From NCBI GenBank assembly GCA_043775315.1, contig JAYVSO010000125.1, positions 78,670 through 142,669 of the forward strand: a stretch of 64,000 nucleotides of DNA, given 5' to 3'. Position numbers and translations under genes: made by a program. Below are positions 10,662 to 21,264 of the stretch, piece after piece. The stretch is from Verrucomicrobiota bacterium. GTDB lineage: Bacteria; Verrucomicrobiota; Verrucomicrobiia; Limisphaerales; CANJSG01. Numbering within the stretch: the first letter of the stretch is position 1; every line of letters starts with the position of its first letter. The notes below the pieces were generated by a model that was not told the origin of the DNA, made no database searches, and saw only the letters and a list, made by a program, of their open reading frames with translations.

Positions 10662-12335
10662 ATGGAGAAAGCCGTAAATCACTTCCAGCCAACTGCCATG
10701 AAGAACTACATCCCCCTCCTCCAGACCCCAATCCGTCTGGGCCTCGCCGCCCTCGCCACGTTGCCTGCGCTTGCTTCCAGCCATCGCGAAGCCCCCTTGA
10801 TCACGTCGACGCCGAAGATCGACTGCGCCGACTTCTACGCCTTCAACAGCTACGAGGCCGGACGCACGAACTACGTCACCCTGGTCGCCAACTACATCCC
10901 GCTGCAGGACGCCTACGGCGGGCCGAACTATTTCCAGCTCGACACCAACGCGCTCTACGAGATCCACGTCGACAACACCGGCGACGCCCGCGAGGACCTG
11001 ACCTTCCAGTTCCGCTTCCAGAACACTCCGAGGAACATCGCCCTCGAGATCGGCAGCGGCTCCAGCAAGCGCACAAACTCCGTCCCCGTCCTCGCCGTCG
11101 GCCCGATCACGGCCGGCAACAACGCGTCGCTCAACGTCGACCAGACCTATACCCTTTCGGTCATCCAGGGCCTGCGCCGTTCGGGAACCGCCACACCGCT
11201 CACCAACTCGGTCTCGGGCGTGTTCACCAAGCCCCAGGACTACGTCGGCACGAAGACATTCCCCGACTACAACGCCTACGCCGACCAATACATCTACTCG
11301 ATCAACCTCCCGGGCACGACCAACAAGGCCAAGATCTTCGTCGCGCAGCGCAAGGACCCATTCGTCGTGAACCTCGGCGAAACCTTCGACCTCATCAACA
11401 TCTCCACCAGTCCGCTCGGGCCCGAGGACGCCAACCGCGACAGCCTCGCGGACAAGAATGTCACCAGCATCATGCTTGAGCTGCCGAAGGAATACCTGCG
11501 CGGTGCCGGCGCCAACGGCGGAATCATCGGCGCGTGGAGCACGGCCAGCCTCATCCAGAACGGCCAGACCAACCAGATGTCGCGCCTCGGAATGCCCCTC
11601 GTGAACGAAGTTGTCATCGGCATCAGGGACAAGGACAAGTTCAACACCAGCGAACCCAAGGACGACCTCGCCAACTTCGCCGACTACGTTACGCACCCCA
11701 CGTTGCCCGCGATCATCGAACTGCTCTACGGCAGCGCCGGCGCCATCGCCCCGACGCTATTCCCCCGCACCGACCTCGTCGCCGCCTTTGTCACCGGTGT
11801 CACCGGCCTGAACGCCAACGGCGGCGCGGGCGAGATGCAGCGCCTCAACATGGACATCCCGGCCATCGCCGCCGCGTCGCAGAACCGGCTCGGCGTGATC
11901 GCCGGGGACAACGCCGGCTTCCCCAACGGCCGCCGTCCCGGTGACGACGTCGTCGACATCGAGCTCCGTGTCGCCATGGGCAAGCTCATCTCCCTCGGCC
12001 TCTTCGGCACTCCCGGCCAGGCTCCCGCCGGCAACGCGGCCTTCACCGACGGCGCCATGGTCAACGCGTCGTTCTTCCTCAGCCGCTTCCCCTACCTGCA
12101 GACGCCGATCCCCGGATCGCCGAACAGCGCGCAGTTCACCGTGACCGCCCAGACTTCGGGCACCGTGAACGGACCGTTCGTCGACACCTTCGGCGCCTAC
12201 GATCCGTCGACCCGCACCCTCAAGGTGGCGAAACCGTCGCCGAACACCGGCTTCCTCCGGCTAAAGGGCGAGGCTCCGGTCACCTTGGAGAAGCCCGCAG
12301 TCACCAGCACCAACTTCACGGTGAAGATCAAGTAA
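10662..12335 (+). CDS. DUF4331 family secreted protein
   Basis: Signal peptide, then the conserved SSHREAPLIT...DFYAF...YEIHVDNTGDARED block characteristic of DUF4331. 557 aa. Confidence 0.6.
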   Translation: MEKAVNHFQPTAMKNYIPLLQTPIRLGLAALATLPALASSHREAPLITSTPKIDCADFYAFNSYEAGRTNYVTLVANYIPLQDAYGGPNYFQLDTNALYEIHVDNTGDAREDLTFQFRFQNTPRNIALEIGSGSSKRTNSVPVLAVGPITAGNNASLNVDQTYTLSVIQGLRRSGTATPLTNSVSGVFTKPQDYVGTKTFPDYNAYADQYIYSINLPGTTNKAKIFVAQRKDPFVVNLGETFDLINISTSPLGPEDANRDSLADKNVTSIMLELPKEYLRGAGANGGIIGAWSTASLIQNGQTNQMSRLGMPLVNEVVIGIRDKDKFNTSEPKDDLANFADYVTHPTLPAIIELLYGSAGAIAPTLFPRTDLVAAFVTGVTGLNANGGAGEMQRLNMDIPAIAAASQNRLGVIAGDNAGFPNGRRPGDDVVDIELRVAMGKLISLGLFGTPGQAPAGNAAFTDGAMVNASFFLSRFPYLQTPIPGSPNSAQFTVTAQTSGTVNGPFVDTFGAYDPSTRTLKVAKPSPNTGFLRLKGEAPVTLEKPAVTSTNFTVKIK

Positions 12336-12366
12336 CCGCGTCAGATTCCTCGTCGTGTGACAGGAA

Positions 12367-12409
12367 GGCGGATCCCGGGAAAATAAATCCGTGTGCCCCG
12401 GGATCCGCC
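12367..12409 (+). terminator. Stem-loop (13-bp perfect stem GGCGGATCCCGGG / CCCGGGATCCGCC) downstream of DUF4331 gene
   Basis: Perfect inverted repeat 32 nt after the stop. No clear U-tract, so it may be a rho-independent-like or RNA-stability element. Confidence 0.45.
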
Positions 12410-12527
12410 TCAACCTTTCCAATGTTCCGTCCACGAAGGCCACGAAGTTCACCAGGTTCCAGGGCCAACGCCTCCCCTTCGTGTGCTTCGTGCCCTTCGT
12501 GGACGAACTCTTTTCCAAGACCATCCC

Positions 12528-13739
12528 ATGAAGCCGATTCTCAGCATGGCCGCCGGACTGATCCTCGCGCTGTCGGCCGCAGCCGAAACCCGCGGCTTCA
12601 TCCCTCCCTCGGACGACACCGTCATCGAGCGCCTACCGGCCGGATCAGGAACACCCGAGATGCGCCGCGCGCGCGAACTCTCCCGCCGGCTCCGCGAGAC
12701 GCCGGACGATCTGGTGCTGGCTTCCCGCGCCGCCCGCGAACACATCCAGAACGCCCGCGCCACTGCGGACCCACGCCACCTCGGCTACGCGGAAGCGGCC
12801 CTCCGTCCGTGGTGGACCGACAGCAACGCTCCCGCCGAAGCCCTGGTTCTCCGCGCCACCGTCAAGCAGAGCTTGCATGACTTTTCCGCCGCTCGCCACG
12901 ATCTGGAACTCGCCCTGGCCAAGGATCCGGCGAACGCCCAGGCCTGGCTCACGCTTACCACCATCGACACGGTCCAAGGCCGCTACAACGAAGCCCGCCG
13001 CGCGTGCATCCAACTCGCCCGACTCGGCGAATCCTTTTCCGCCACCGTCGCGGCCGCCGCCATCGCCGGCCTGAACGGGCAGTCGGCCTCCGCCGTTCGC
13101 CAACTCGAAAGCCTTCTGGACCGCAACACCGCAGCACCCGTGGATCAACGTCTCTGGGCGACCACCCAACTGGCGGAACTTCTCGCCAGAACAGGCCACA
13201 GCACCGAAGCGGATGCGCGTTTCCGCGAGGCATTGAAACTTTCCGGATCGGATCCCTACCTGCTCGGTGCCTACTCGGATTTCCTCCTCGACCAGAGACG
13301 CGGCGACGAGGTGACCCGCCTTCTGGCCAACCACGATCGACAGGACGGATCGCTCCTGCGCCTCGCCGAGGCCCGCCTACAAATCTCCGACAAATCCGGA
13401 ACATCCGAACTTGATCGAATGACGACCGAACTCCGCTCCCGCTTCGACGCAGCGCGGCAACGCGGGGATTCCGTGCATCAACGGGAGGAGGCCCGCTTTC
13501 TCGTGCGCCTCGGCAACGATCAGACCCGCGCGTTGTCGCTTGCAGTGGAGAACTGGCAACTCCAGCGCGAACCGGCCGATGCGCGGCTGCTGCTGGAATG
13601 TGCCGTCGCCGCGGGCCGCCCCTCGGAAGCCACTGCAGCACTTGATTGGATGGCCAAGAACAGGATCGAGGACAAAGTCATCTCGACGCTACGGGATCAG
13701 TTGACGACGATGACAGCGGCCACGTCCGCCAAGCCATGA
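12528..13739 (+). CDS. Secreted tetratricopeptide (TPR)-like repeat protein
   Basis: ATG at 12528 followed by signal peptide MKPILSMAAGLILALSAAAE. Helical repeat composition (A/L/R-rich, repeated W..A.L motifs). Stop overlaps the start of the HupE gene. Confidence 0.55.
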   Translation: MKPILSMAAGLILALSAAAETRGFIPPSDDTVIERLPAGSGTPEMRRARELSRRLRETPDDLVLASRAAREHIQNARATADPRHLGYAEAALRPWWTDSNAPAEALVLRATVKQSLHDFSAARHDLELALAKDPANAQAWLTLTTIDTVQGRYNEARRACIQLARLGESFSATVAAAAIAGLNGQSASAVRQLESLLDRNTAAPVDQRLWATTQLAELLARTGHSTEADARFREALKLSGSDPYLLGAYSDFLLDQRRGDEVTRLLANHDRQDGSLLRLAEARLQISDKSGTSELDRMTTELRSRFDAARQRGDSVHQREEARFLVRLGNDQTRALSLAVENWQLQREPADARLLLECAVAAGRPSEATAALDWMAKNRIEDKVISTLRDQLTTMTAATSAKP

Positions 13740-14875
13740 GTCGCAGTCTTCAATCGATCATATCAGCCCTCCTGTTCAGCCTGTGCACGGCATGGACGGC
13801 CCGGGCCCACAAGCTCAGCGACGCCTATCTCACGGTCGCGGTCGCCGACGGCCAGGTGACGGGCACTTGCGAAGTGGCTCTTCGCGACCTCGAAATCGTC
13901 CTAGCGCTCGACTCCAATCTCGACGGCGCAATCACATGGGCCGAGCTGAAGGCCAAACAGACCAACGTCGTCGGCTACCTTTCATCGCGCGTGCGGGTCG
14001 AAGCGGACGGGCAAGCCGTTCCACTCAATTGGGACGGCCTCCAAGTCAGCCTGCATCTCGACGGCAGCTACGCCCTGCTGGGCCTGAAGGGGGACATTCT
14101 CCCGACCGCGTCCAAGCTGAAGCTGATCTACGGCCTCCTTTGGGAAGAAGATCCGCTGCATCGGGGACTGTTGAAACTGACCGTGGGCTCCACCACGACG
14201 GTGGCTGTCTTCAGCCAGACGTCGCCGAGCGTCACGGTAGACCTTGAGAAGCCGGTCAGCCTGACACGCTTCGACCAGTTCCTCGTGGAAGGCGTTCTGC
14301 ATATCTGGAAAGGCTACGATCATATCCTATTCCTCGTGGCCCTGCTGCTCCCGGCGGTGATGATCCTCCAGGTCCAGACTTGGCGACCAACGGAAGCCTT
14401 CAAACCGGCCGCCATGAACGTGCTCAAAGTCGTAACCGCATTCACGCTGGCGCACTCGATCACGCTCAGCCTCGCGGCGCTCGACGTCGTGCGACTGCCC
14501 TCGCGCCTCGTGGAATCCACCATCGCCCTCAGCGTGATCATCGCTGCGGCGAACAACCTGAAACCGTTTTTTCGCGATCGCGGCTGGATGGTGGCCTTCG
14601 GCTTCGGGCTGATCCACGGCTTCGGCTTCGCGACAGTTCTCGGAGAACTTGGCCTGCCCGCAGGTTCGCTGGCCAAGGCGCTGGTCGGCTTCAATCTTGG
14701 CGTGGAAGTGGGCCAACTAGCGATCGTCGCCGTGTTCCTGCCCGTGGCGTTCCTCATGCGCTCGACGGTGTTCTATCGGCGCGTGGCATTGCAGACCGGT
14801 TCGCTGGCGATCGCCTTGGTCGCAGGCCTCTGGCTCATCGAACGTGCCTTCAACATCGGCTTCATGCCGTTCTGA
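13736..14875 (+). CDS. HupE/UreJ family metal (Ni/Co-type) transporter with extended N-terminal periplasmic domain
   Basis: ATGA overlap with the upstream gene. C-terminal membrane part has HIWKGYDHILFLVALLL (GxDH signature) and LIHGFGFA. N-terminal ~190 aa secreted domain. Confidence 0.7.
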   Translation: MSRSLQSIISALLFSLCTAWTARAHKLSDAYLTVAVADGQVTGTCEVALRDLEIVLALDSNLDGAITWAELKAKQTNVVGYLSSRVRVEADGQAVPLNWDGLQVSLHLDGSYALLGLKGDILPTASKLKLIYGLLWEEDPLHRGLLKLTVGSTTTVAVFSQTSPSVTVDLEKPVSLTRFDQFLVEGVLHIWKGYDHILFLVALLLPAVMILQVQTWRPTEAFKPAAMNVLKVVTAFTLAHSITLSLAALDVVRLPSRLVESTIALSVIIAAANNLKPFFRDRGWMVAFGFGLIHGFGFATVLGELGLPAGSLAKALVGFNLGVEVGQLAIVAVFLPVAFLMRSTVFYRRVALQTGSLAIALVAGLWLIERAFNIGFMPF

Positions 14876-14876
14876 T

Positions 14877-15560
14877 TTATCGCGGGCGGTCCGAATAAAC
14901 TACAGAGAGAAGTTTAGCCGACACGTCTTCGCTCGGTTTGCGGAAAGTGAATTTGCCGTCCTTTCCAGCTCGAACCGCCATCAGAAAATTCTTGGGGTTC
15001 ACCTTGAAAGGCGCATCCGCACAAAACTGTTTGAGGAAAGAATACGATGCTGGTTCACCCACAGGAACAGGAATGGCGATTCCCATTGGAAATGAGAATC
15101 GACCACCAAGGCGAAGATTTGCAGAGAACATCAGCACCCGCTGCATCTCGTTGCGCAGCTCCATGGAGCCTTCCGGCCACCGAAGGTTGGGCATGGCAGC
15201 GTCCCTCCATTTCAGATCACATCTAAAGGACACCCAAATCGGATCGTCTGGCTTTTTTGAAGCAGGATGAGTCTCGAAGATGAACCTCATGACTCGGTCA
15301 TAGTCGCTTGGTGCTAACGGCCAGTCGTTCGGCATATCCTGCCCACGCTCTCCGAAAATCTGGATCGCCTTTTGCCGTATCCGAGGAACGTGATTCCCCG
15401 TGTCGTAGTAGGGACAGAGATTCAACGTTAGACCGGATGGTTCTATTGGCTCAAAGTAGCGCTTAAGAAACGCATGGGTCCTCTGAATTGCCTTCAGGGT
15501 ATCGTTCGGATGCATCGCAGCGCCCCAACAAGTTCCCTTCGACGCGTTGTATGAGAACAT
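14877..15560 (-). CDS. Hypothetical protein, low-GC orphan
   Basis: ORF 14877..15620 trimmed to the internal ATG at 15558-15560 to avoid overlap with the Nif3 gene. GC is visibly lower than the neighbours. No recognised motif. Confidence 0.4.
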   Translation of the reverse strand: MFSYNASKGTCWGAAMHPNDTLKAIQRTHAFLKRYFEPIEPSGLTLNLCPYYDTGNHVPRIRQKAIQIFGERGQDMPNDWPLAPSDYDRVMRFIFETHPASKKPDDPIWVSFRCDLKWRDAAMPNLRWPEGSMELRNEMQRVLMFSANLRLGGRFSFPMGIAIPVPVGEPASYSFLKQFCADAPFKVNPKNFLMAVRAGKDGKFTFRKPSEDVSAKLLSVVYSDRPR

Positions 15561-15586
15561 AAAACCTACCCTCCTAATTGAAACGA

Positions 15587-16348
15587 TTACAGCCCGCTGG
15601 GATGGTCGATGAAGCTCCACGGCACGCGGAACTTGCGGCTGAGCTGGGCCGCGAGGGCTTTCACCCCAAACGTCTCGGTCGCGTAGTGGCCGGCGTAGAA
15701 GGCGTTCACGCCAAGCTCTTCGGCCAGGGAGAAAGTCCAGTGCGGTCCCTCACCGGTGATGAACGAATCCACACCATCGGCGGCAACCTGGGCCAACTCA
15801 CTTCCGGCTCCGCCGGTGCAGATGCCGAGAGTGCGGATGCTCTCGGATCCGCCGGGCAACAAGTTCACCGGCCCAGCCACGGCCTTCTCCAATCGCTGTT
15901 TCAATTCGGCCCTGCGCCATTTTCCAGAAAACTTGAGACCGATCGGTTGGCCTTTGCTGACGAGGAACGGCATGCCTTTCTTCAGGCCCAGCGCCGCCGC
16001 GAGGCACGCGTTGTTCCCAAGTTTTGGGTGCGCGTCGAGCGGAAGATGGGAGCTGTAGACGGCGAGGTTGCTCTTGATCAACAACCCGAGAAGTTCGCGC
16101 CTTTTGCCGGTCCAGGGAACAGTCGCGCCCCAGAACAAGCCGTGATGCACGATCAGCAGATCGGCGCCGGCCTCGACGGCTTTCTTCACGGTCGCAGAAG
16201 AGGCGTCGACGGTCGCCACGATCCGGGTCACGCGCCCGTCGTTCCCGACCTGAATGCCGTTGTGCGCGCCGTCGTAGTCGAGGATCTCCGACGTGCGGAG
16301 CGTGGTGTCGCAATGACGGACAATGTCGGCGAGTGATGCGGCGGCCAT
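15587..16348 (-). CDS. Nif3-like dinuclear metal centre protein (GTP cyclohydrolase 1 type 2 / YqfO family)
   Basis: Start at MAAASLADIV (ATG 16346-16348). ATVDASSATVKKAVEAGADLLIVHHGLFWG and C-terminal HYATETFG are Nif3 hallmarks. Confidence 0.8.
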   Translation of the reverse strand: MAAASLADIVRHCDTTLRTSEILDYDGAHNGIQVGNDGRVTRIVATVDASSATVKKAVEAGADLLIVHHGLFWGATVPWTGKRRELLGLLIKSNLAVYSSHLPLDAHPKLGNNACLAAALGLKKGMPFLVSKGQPIGLKFSGKWRRAELKQRLEKAVAGPVNLLPGGSESIRTLGICTGGAGSELAQVAADGVDSFITGEGPHWTFSLAEELGVNAFYAGHYATETFGVKALAAQLSRKFRVPWSFIDHPSGL

Positions 16349-16454
16349 ACGACGAGTTAAGCGAAGCCGCGATGGGCCGCAAGGAAGGTGACGACCGGAC
16401 CCGAAGAACTTCGCGTTGACGCAACCGACGAGTAAACGGATTTTCGCCGCTCTT

Positions 16455-18005
16455 ATGGCCCGAATCCAACGCGCGCTGCTCTCCGTTTCCGACAAGTCCG
16501 GCCTGGTCGACTTCGCCAAGGTCCTCGTCGCCGCCGGGGTTGAACTCGTCTCCACCGGCGGCACCGCCAAGGCGCTGCGCGAAGCGGGACTTCCGACGAT
16601 CGAACTGAGCGACTACACGGGCTTCCCGGAGATGTTGGACGGGCGCGTAAAGACGCTGCATCCGAAGATCCACGGCGGGCTTCTCTACCTGCGCGGCAAC
16701 CCCACGCATGAAGCCACCGTGGCGCAGCACTCGATCCGCGCGATCGACTTGGTCATTGTGAACCTCTATCCGTTCGAGCAGACCGTCGCCAAACCGGGAG
16801 TGGAGCTGCACGACGCAATCGAGAATATCGACATCGGCGGACCATCCATGCTCCGCAGCGCGGCGAAAAACCACGAGAGCGTCACGGTGATCGTCGATCC
16901 GGCCGACTACGCCGAAGTATCCCGTCTGGTCCTGGAATCGGGCGAGACGTCGCTGCCCCTGCGCCGAAGATTGGCGGCGAAAGTCTACGCCCGCACCGCG
17001 GCCTACGATTCGGCCATCGCCACCCATCTGGAGAAGGCTTTTGGCATCGCGCAGAACGCCCTTCCATCGACCTTGCGGGTCCATTCACCGATCGCGCAGC
17101 CGTTGCGCTATGGCGAGAATCCCCACCAAAAAGCCGCCCTTTACGGAGGATTCCAGAAGCACTTCACGCAGCTGCACGGTAAGGAGCTTTCGTATAACAA
17201 CATTCTCGATCTGACGGCCGCGGCCCAACTTATCAACGAGTTCGGCGCTGACGGACCGACGTTGGCCATCCTCAAGCACACGAACCCCTGCGGCATTGGC
17301 CAAGGCGCGAACCTGCGCGAAGCGTGGGACCGGGCCTACGCGACGGATCGCCAAGCGCCGTTCGGCGGAATCATCACGGTGAACAAGCCGCTCGACGCCG
17401 CCTGTGCCGAAGCGATCGCGGAGATCTTCAGCGAGGTGATCGTCGCGCCCGAATTCACGCCGGAGGCGCTGGCAGTTCTTCAGAAGAAGAAGAACCTGCG
17501 GCTGCTGAAGATGGCCCGGTTCCCGATGCCCAGCGCTGGAATGGACGTCCGCAGCGTGGGCGTTGAATCGTTCCTTGTTCAGGAACGTGACACCCGGATC
17601 ACGACGGCCTCGGATCTGAAGATCGTCACCAAACGCCAACCAACGGCGACGGAGATCGAAGCGATGCTCTTCGGCTGGCGCGCGGTGAAGCACGTGAAGT
17701 CGAACGCGATCGTCTACGTCGCCGCCGGACAGACCCTCGGCATCGGTGCGGGCCAGATGAGCCGGGTGGATTCGAGCCGGATCGCCGTGTGGAAAGCCGG
17801 CGAAGCCAAGCTGTCGCTGAAGAACAGCGTGGTCTGCAGTGACGCGTTCTTCCCGTTCGCCGACGGACTCATCGCCGCGGCCGAAGCGGGCGCAACGGCA
17901 GCCATCCAGCCAGGAGGTTCAGTTCGTGATGCCGAAGTCATTGCCGCCGCGGACGACCGTGGCATGGCGATGGCCTTCACCGGGCACCGCCATTTTCGTC
18001 ACTGA
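16455..18005 (+). CDS. purH: Bifunctional AICAR formyltransferase / IMP cyclohydrolase PurH
   Basis: [24 protein letters not shown]...STGGTAKAL (MGS-like IMPCH domain) plus a C-terminal AICARFT domain. ~517 aa. Confidence 0.9.
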   Translation: MARIQRALLSVSDKSGLVDFAKVLVAAGVELVSTGGTAKALREAGLPTIELSDYTGFPEMLDGRVKTLHPKIHGGLLYLRGNPTHEATVAQHSIRAIDLVIVNLYPFEQTVAKPGVELHDAIENIDIGGPSMLRSAAKNHESVTVIVDPADYAEVSRLVLESGETSLPLRRRLAAKVYARTAAYDSAIATHLEKAFGIAQNALPSTLRVHSPIAQPLRYGENPHQKAALYGGFQKHFTQLHGKELSYNNILDLTAAAQLINEFGADGPTLAILKHTNPCGIGQGANLREAWDRAYATDRQAPFGGIITVNKPLDAACAEAIAEIFSEVIVAPEFTPEALAVLQKKKNLRLLKMARFPMPSAGMDVRSVGVESFLVQERDTRITTASDLKIVTKRQPTATEIEAMLFGWRAVKHVKSNAIVYVAAGQTLGIGAGQMSRVDSSRIAVWKAGEAKLSLKNSVVCSDAFFPFADGLIAAAEAGATAAIQPGGSVRDAEVIAAADDRGMAMAFTGHRHFRH

Positions 18006-18388
18006 TCGGTCAAGCGGTAGATCGCGAAAACCTGCGCCGCAAACAATGCGGCCAGCGCCAACCAGAAGACGGCCTGTGAAAACTCGGCCGCCTTTTGTTT
18101 TGCCGGCGTCAACGAGACAAGCCAACGCACGGAGCCAGCCACAACCAAATCCCCGCTCCTGAGGATGTGACGAGTGACGGCTTCGCCGTTCACCAACAGG
18201 GTTCCGCTGCTGCAGGCGATCAACGTCGGTCGGCAGAGCTCAAGTTCGACCACGGCGTGCTGATCCCAAACCCCAGGTCGCTCGATCCGGCAGTCGTTGT
18301 CGGCTGATCGCCCGATCCGAAAAGGGAAATGGCGGATCACCTGGTCGGTGTCCGCCAAAGTTGGATCAGCCGGAGTAAGCTGAATCAT
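17999..18388 (-). CDS. FHA domain protein with C-terminal transmembrane anchor
   Basis: [13 protein letters not shown]...VWDQHAVVE...LLVNGEAV pattern typical of FHA. Hydrophobic C-terminal helix. Confidence 0.55.
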   Translation of the reverse strand: MIQLTPADPTLADTDQVIRHFPFRIGRSADNDCRIERPGVWDQHAVVELELCRPTLIACSSGTLLVNGEAVTRHILRSGDLVVAGSVRWLVSLTPAKQKAAEFSQAVFWLALAALFAAQVFAIYRLTDQ

Positions 18389-18391
18389 GGG

Positions 18392-19018
18392 TCAAAAACC
18401 CTGCGGCACATCGATGCGGTCCTGTGGATAGACCTCTAGGTCGAGCTTCGGATTCTGCTTCGCCTTCTTGCAGTTGATGATGTGGCGCTCGCCCCCCGGA
18501 CGGGTCAAAACGACCTTCGTCTTGTCCGCATAGTCGGTGAAGTCACCAGCCGTTTGAATTGCCTGAAGGACCGTAACCCTGCCGATATAAAGCTGACGTC
18601 CCGGCAGTTTAACCTGGCCGCCCACGTAATAGACCTTGTCGGGCCCGGTAACGACGACGTTGAGATTGAGGAAATACTTCGGGACATAGGCCGCCTTAAT
18701 TTCCTTCTCAATGTCACCAAGAGTCTTGCCCGCAACTTTGACGAGTCCGACCAACTCCAAAGAGATTGCGCCGTCCTCTTTGACTTCCGTCTCCACGGTC
18801 TTGAGTCCTGCCGCTTCGACGCTCCCAGCTCCGGAAAACTCCACCTTGATCTTGTCACCTGCCCGGACAGTCACCGTGCCAACGGATTGCGGTTTACCAA
18901 CAGGTGCGTTGGTTCCAGCGGGCTGGGTTGTCTCGCATGCCGTGGTAACCAGCATGACCAGCATCACGCCGACGGCTCCCAACCATTTCAAAATCATTTC
19001 ACGTCCCATACAGATCAT
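18392..19018 (-). CDS. Polysaccharide export protein (Wza/Poly_export + SLBB family), lipoprotein
   Basis: Signal with LVTTAC lipobox. PGDKIKV..GxG and a C-terminal soluble-ligand-binding beta-grasp-like segment. Directly downstream of the Wzc-like kinase. Start uncertain (ATG at 19018, 19009 or 18997). Confidence 0.7.
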   Translation of the reverse strand: MICMGREMILKWLGAVGVMLVMLVTTACETTQPAGTNAPVGKPQSVGTVTVRAGDKIKVEFSGAGSVEAAGLKTVETEVKEDGAISLELVGLVKVAGKTLGDIEKEIKAAYVPKYFLNLNVVVTGPDKVYYVGGQVKLPGRQLYIGRVTVLQAIQTAGDFTDYADKTKVVLTRPGGERHIINCKKAKQNPKLDLEVYPQDRIDVPQGF

Positions 19019-19026
19019 CAGTTAGG

Positions 19027-21201
19027 TCAGAATTTGCTCTTAATCTCAAGCTTCGCGGCGGCTGATTTCGGTCCCTTCTTGGCTGACTTTTTCGATGCGG
19101 CATCGTCGTCATCGTCCTGCTTCGAGTAGTAGTCGTAGTAGTAACCGCTGTAGTAGTAGTAATTTTCGTCAGAGGCCATGTTGATGTTGTTCAACACGAT
19201 TCCAAGCAGGTTGCCACCGACCTTCTGGATCATCTGCTTGGCGCGGATGGTCATGGGCTGCGGGTAGCGCCGGTATTGGATCACCTGCATGACTATATCG
19301 ACCTCGCTCGCCAGGATCGCCGCGTCGCTGATTCCCATGATCGGGGGCGAATCGAAGAAGACGAAATCGTAGCGGCGTTTCAACTCGCCGATCAGCGCCT
19401 TCATCTGCGGGGAACTGAGAATGCCCATCGAGCTCGACGGAAGTTTGCCGGACGGCAGCACATCCAGCGAGGCGAGGCTGGTCCGCTGGATCACCTCCTC
19501 AAGCGTGTTCTGGTTCAGGAGGAAATTCGTCAGACCGAGGGAGTTCGAGACGTTGATGATCTTGTGGATGCTCGGGCGCCGCAGATCGGAGTCGACGACC
19601 AGAACCCGCGCTCCGTTTTGGGCGAAGGTCGTGGCCAGATTGAAGAGCGTGGTGGACTTGCCTTCGCCGGCACCCGCGCTGACCACCGTCATCGTATTGA
19701 AGGTCGGGTCCTTTCGAGAGAACAAGATGTTGGTCCGCAGGACGCGGTATGCCTCGGCGTGGGGGCTTTCGGGTCCTTCGAAAAGGAGGGTCCCAACATT
19801 CTGCGGGATCACCGCGAGCACCGGCGCCTGAAGCGCGCGTTCGACGTCGTCGATCGTCTTCACCGACGTGTCGAGATACTCGATGAAGAACGCAAGCCCG
19901 ACACCTAGGATCAAGCCGACGACAACACCCAACGTGACGTTCAGGGTGATGTTCGGACGAACGGGCTTGAGGGGACGGAGCGCCTTGTCGATCACCTTGA
20001 CCATCGATTCCATCGACAGTTCAGTGTCCAAGTTCTGCTGTTCCTTCCTCAGTTCCAGCGCAGCGATCATTCGGTCAAGCCTGTCCGCTTCCTTCTTTTT
20101 TTCGATGTAGGGAAGGGACAAGGTAGTCTGATCGGTCATTTCCTGCTTCGAGGCTTCAAGCATCTCGCTCACCTTTGCCAGTCGGTTGGAAAAGCTGCGG
20201 ACGTTGATCTCCATGCCGTTGATGATGCCCTTGATCCGATTGTCCAACTCGGTCGTCGTGTTCTCGATGAGAGTTTTCCAGACAATGACTTGGGGATGCT
20301 CGAGACCCAGTTCACCCGTCAGTTTCGTCAGGGCCGCCTTGTAATCGGTCAATGAGTCCGTCAAGCGCTGGAGCGTCGGATCAGGAACAACCGTATACAG
20401 CGACAGTCTAAGATCGGTCGGTGCCAGTTTTACCACCTCGTCCAGTTGCGTTTTGTAGCGGACATATTCGCCTTCGACCAACAGCTTCTGGGAGTTCAAC
20501 TCGCGCAGCGCATTTGCCTGAAGCATCTGGACGCCCTGCATGGATCCCTCGTCGATGAGCGATATCTTGTTTGTGGCCCGGATCATTTTCAGATCCGCCT
20601 GAACAACGGTCAGATTGGTCTCCAGCTGACTCAGTCGCTTCCCCAACTCCTCGACGCCCTTCCTGCTGGTCGATTTGTTGTCCCGTATCCGGGAAAAGCG
20701 GTAGATCTCGGCAACCTTGTCGGCGATCTGGACCGCCTCCTCTATGCTGGTGCTACGAGCTGTAATCTCAATCAAACTTGTGTTTCGAGAAAGGCGCACA
20801 TCCAGACTATTGCTCAAGATTTTTCGCACTTGATCCTTGGTCAAGGTCTGGTTTCCGCCAAATTCCTTCTGCCAAGTCTCCTCCAAATGCAGGTCGTCGA
20901 TCACTTGATCGAGAATTGATTGGGACGTGATGATCTCAAACTGGGTTTGGAGAAAAAATGGGTCGTATCCACCACCCAACGCGGTATCGCCAATTCCCTT
21001 GATGTCGGTTTTGTCCTTGTCGACCTGGATCCGGACCGTGCTCGCGTAGATCTTCTTCATCAACAGCGTCGCAGCGACCGAGGTCATCACCACCAATATG
21101 AAGACGATGAAAATGACCAACTTGCGAATCCGAATGATGCGCCAGTAGTCGAGGAAATGCAGCTTTATCTCCCCACCCTCGGGGCTTTTGGAGGCGTCCA
21201 T
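19027..21201 (-). CDS. Polysaccharide co-polymerase / BY-family tyrosine autokinase (Wzc/GumC-like)
   Basis: Two TM segments flank a large coiled-coil periplasmic domain. Walker A VVSAGAGEGKSTTLFNLA, VVDSDLRRP, and a C-terminal Tyr cluster YYYSGYYYDYYSK. Confidence 0.85.
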   Translation of the reverse strand: MDASKSPEGGEIKLHFLDYWRIIRIRKLVIFIVFILVVMTSVAATLLMKKIYASTVRIQVDKDKTDIKGIGDTALGGGYDPFFLQTQFEIITSQSILDQVIDDLHLEETWQKEFGGNQTLTKDQVRKILSNSLDVRLSRNTSLIEITARSTSIEEAVQIADKVAEIYRFSRIRDNKSTSRKGVEELGKRLSQLETNLTVVQADLKMIRATNKISLIDEGSMQGVQMLQANALRELNSQKLLVEGEYVRYKTQLDEVVKLAPTDLRLSLYTVVPDPTLQRLTDSLTDYKAALTKLTGELGLEHPQVIVWKTLIENTTTELDNRIKGIINGMEINVRSFSNRLAKVSEMLEASKQEMTDQTTLSLPYIEKKKEADRLDRMIAALELRKEQQNLDTELSMESMVKVIDKALRPLKPVRPNITLNVTLGVVVGLILGVGLAFFIEYLDTSVKTIDDVERALQAPVLAVIPQNVGTLLFEGPESPHAEAYRVLRTNILFSRKDPTFNTMTVVSAGAGEGKSTTLFNLATTFAQNGARVLVVDSDLRRPSIHKIINVSNSLGLTNFLLNQNTLEEVIQRTSLASLDVLPSGKLPSSSMGILSSPQMKALIGELKRRYDFVFFDSPPIMGISDAAILASEVDIVMQVIQYRRYPQPMTIRAKQMIQKVGGNLLGIVLNNINMASDENYYYYSGYYYDYYSKQDDDDDAASKKSAKKGPKSAAAKLEIKSKF

Positions 21202-21239
21202 AAAATAAAATGAGGCTGAAAACTAAGTTCTCAGCCTCA
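21202..21239 (-). terminator. Rho-independent terminator downstream of the outer-membrane protein gene
   Basis: 9-bp perfect stem TGAGGCTGA/TCAGCCTCA with a 11-nt loop, followed on the minus strand by UUUUAUUUU. Confidence 0.55.
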
Positions 21240-21264
21240 TCAATGACAAGTTGTATCTCGGGTA

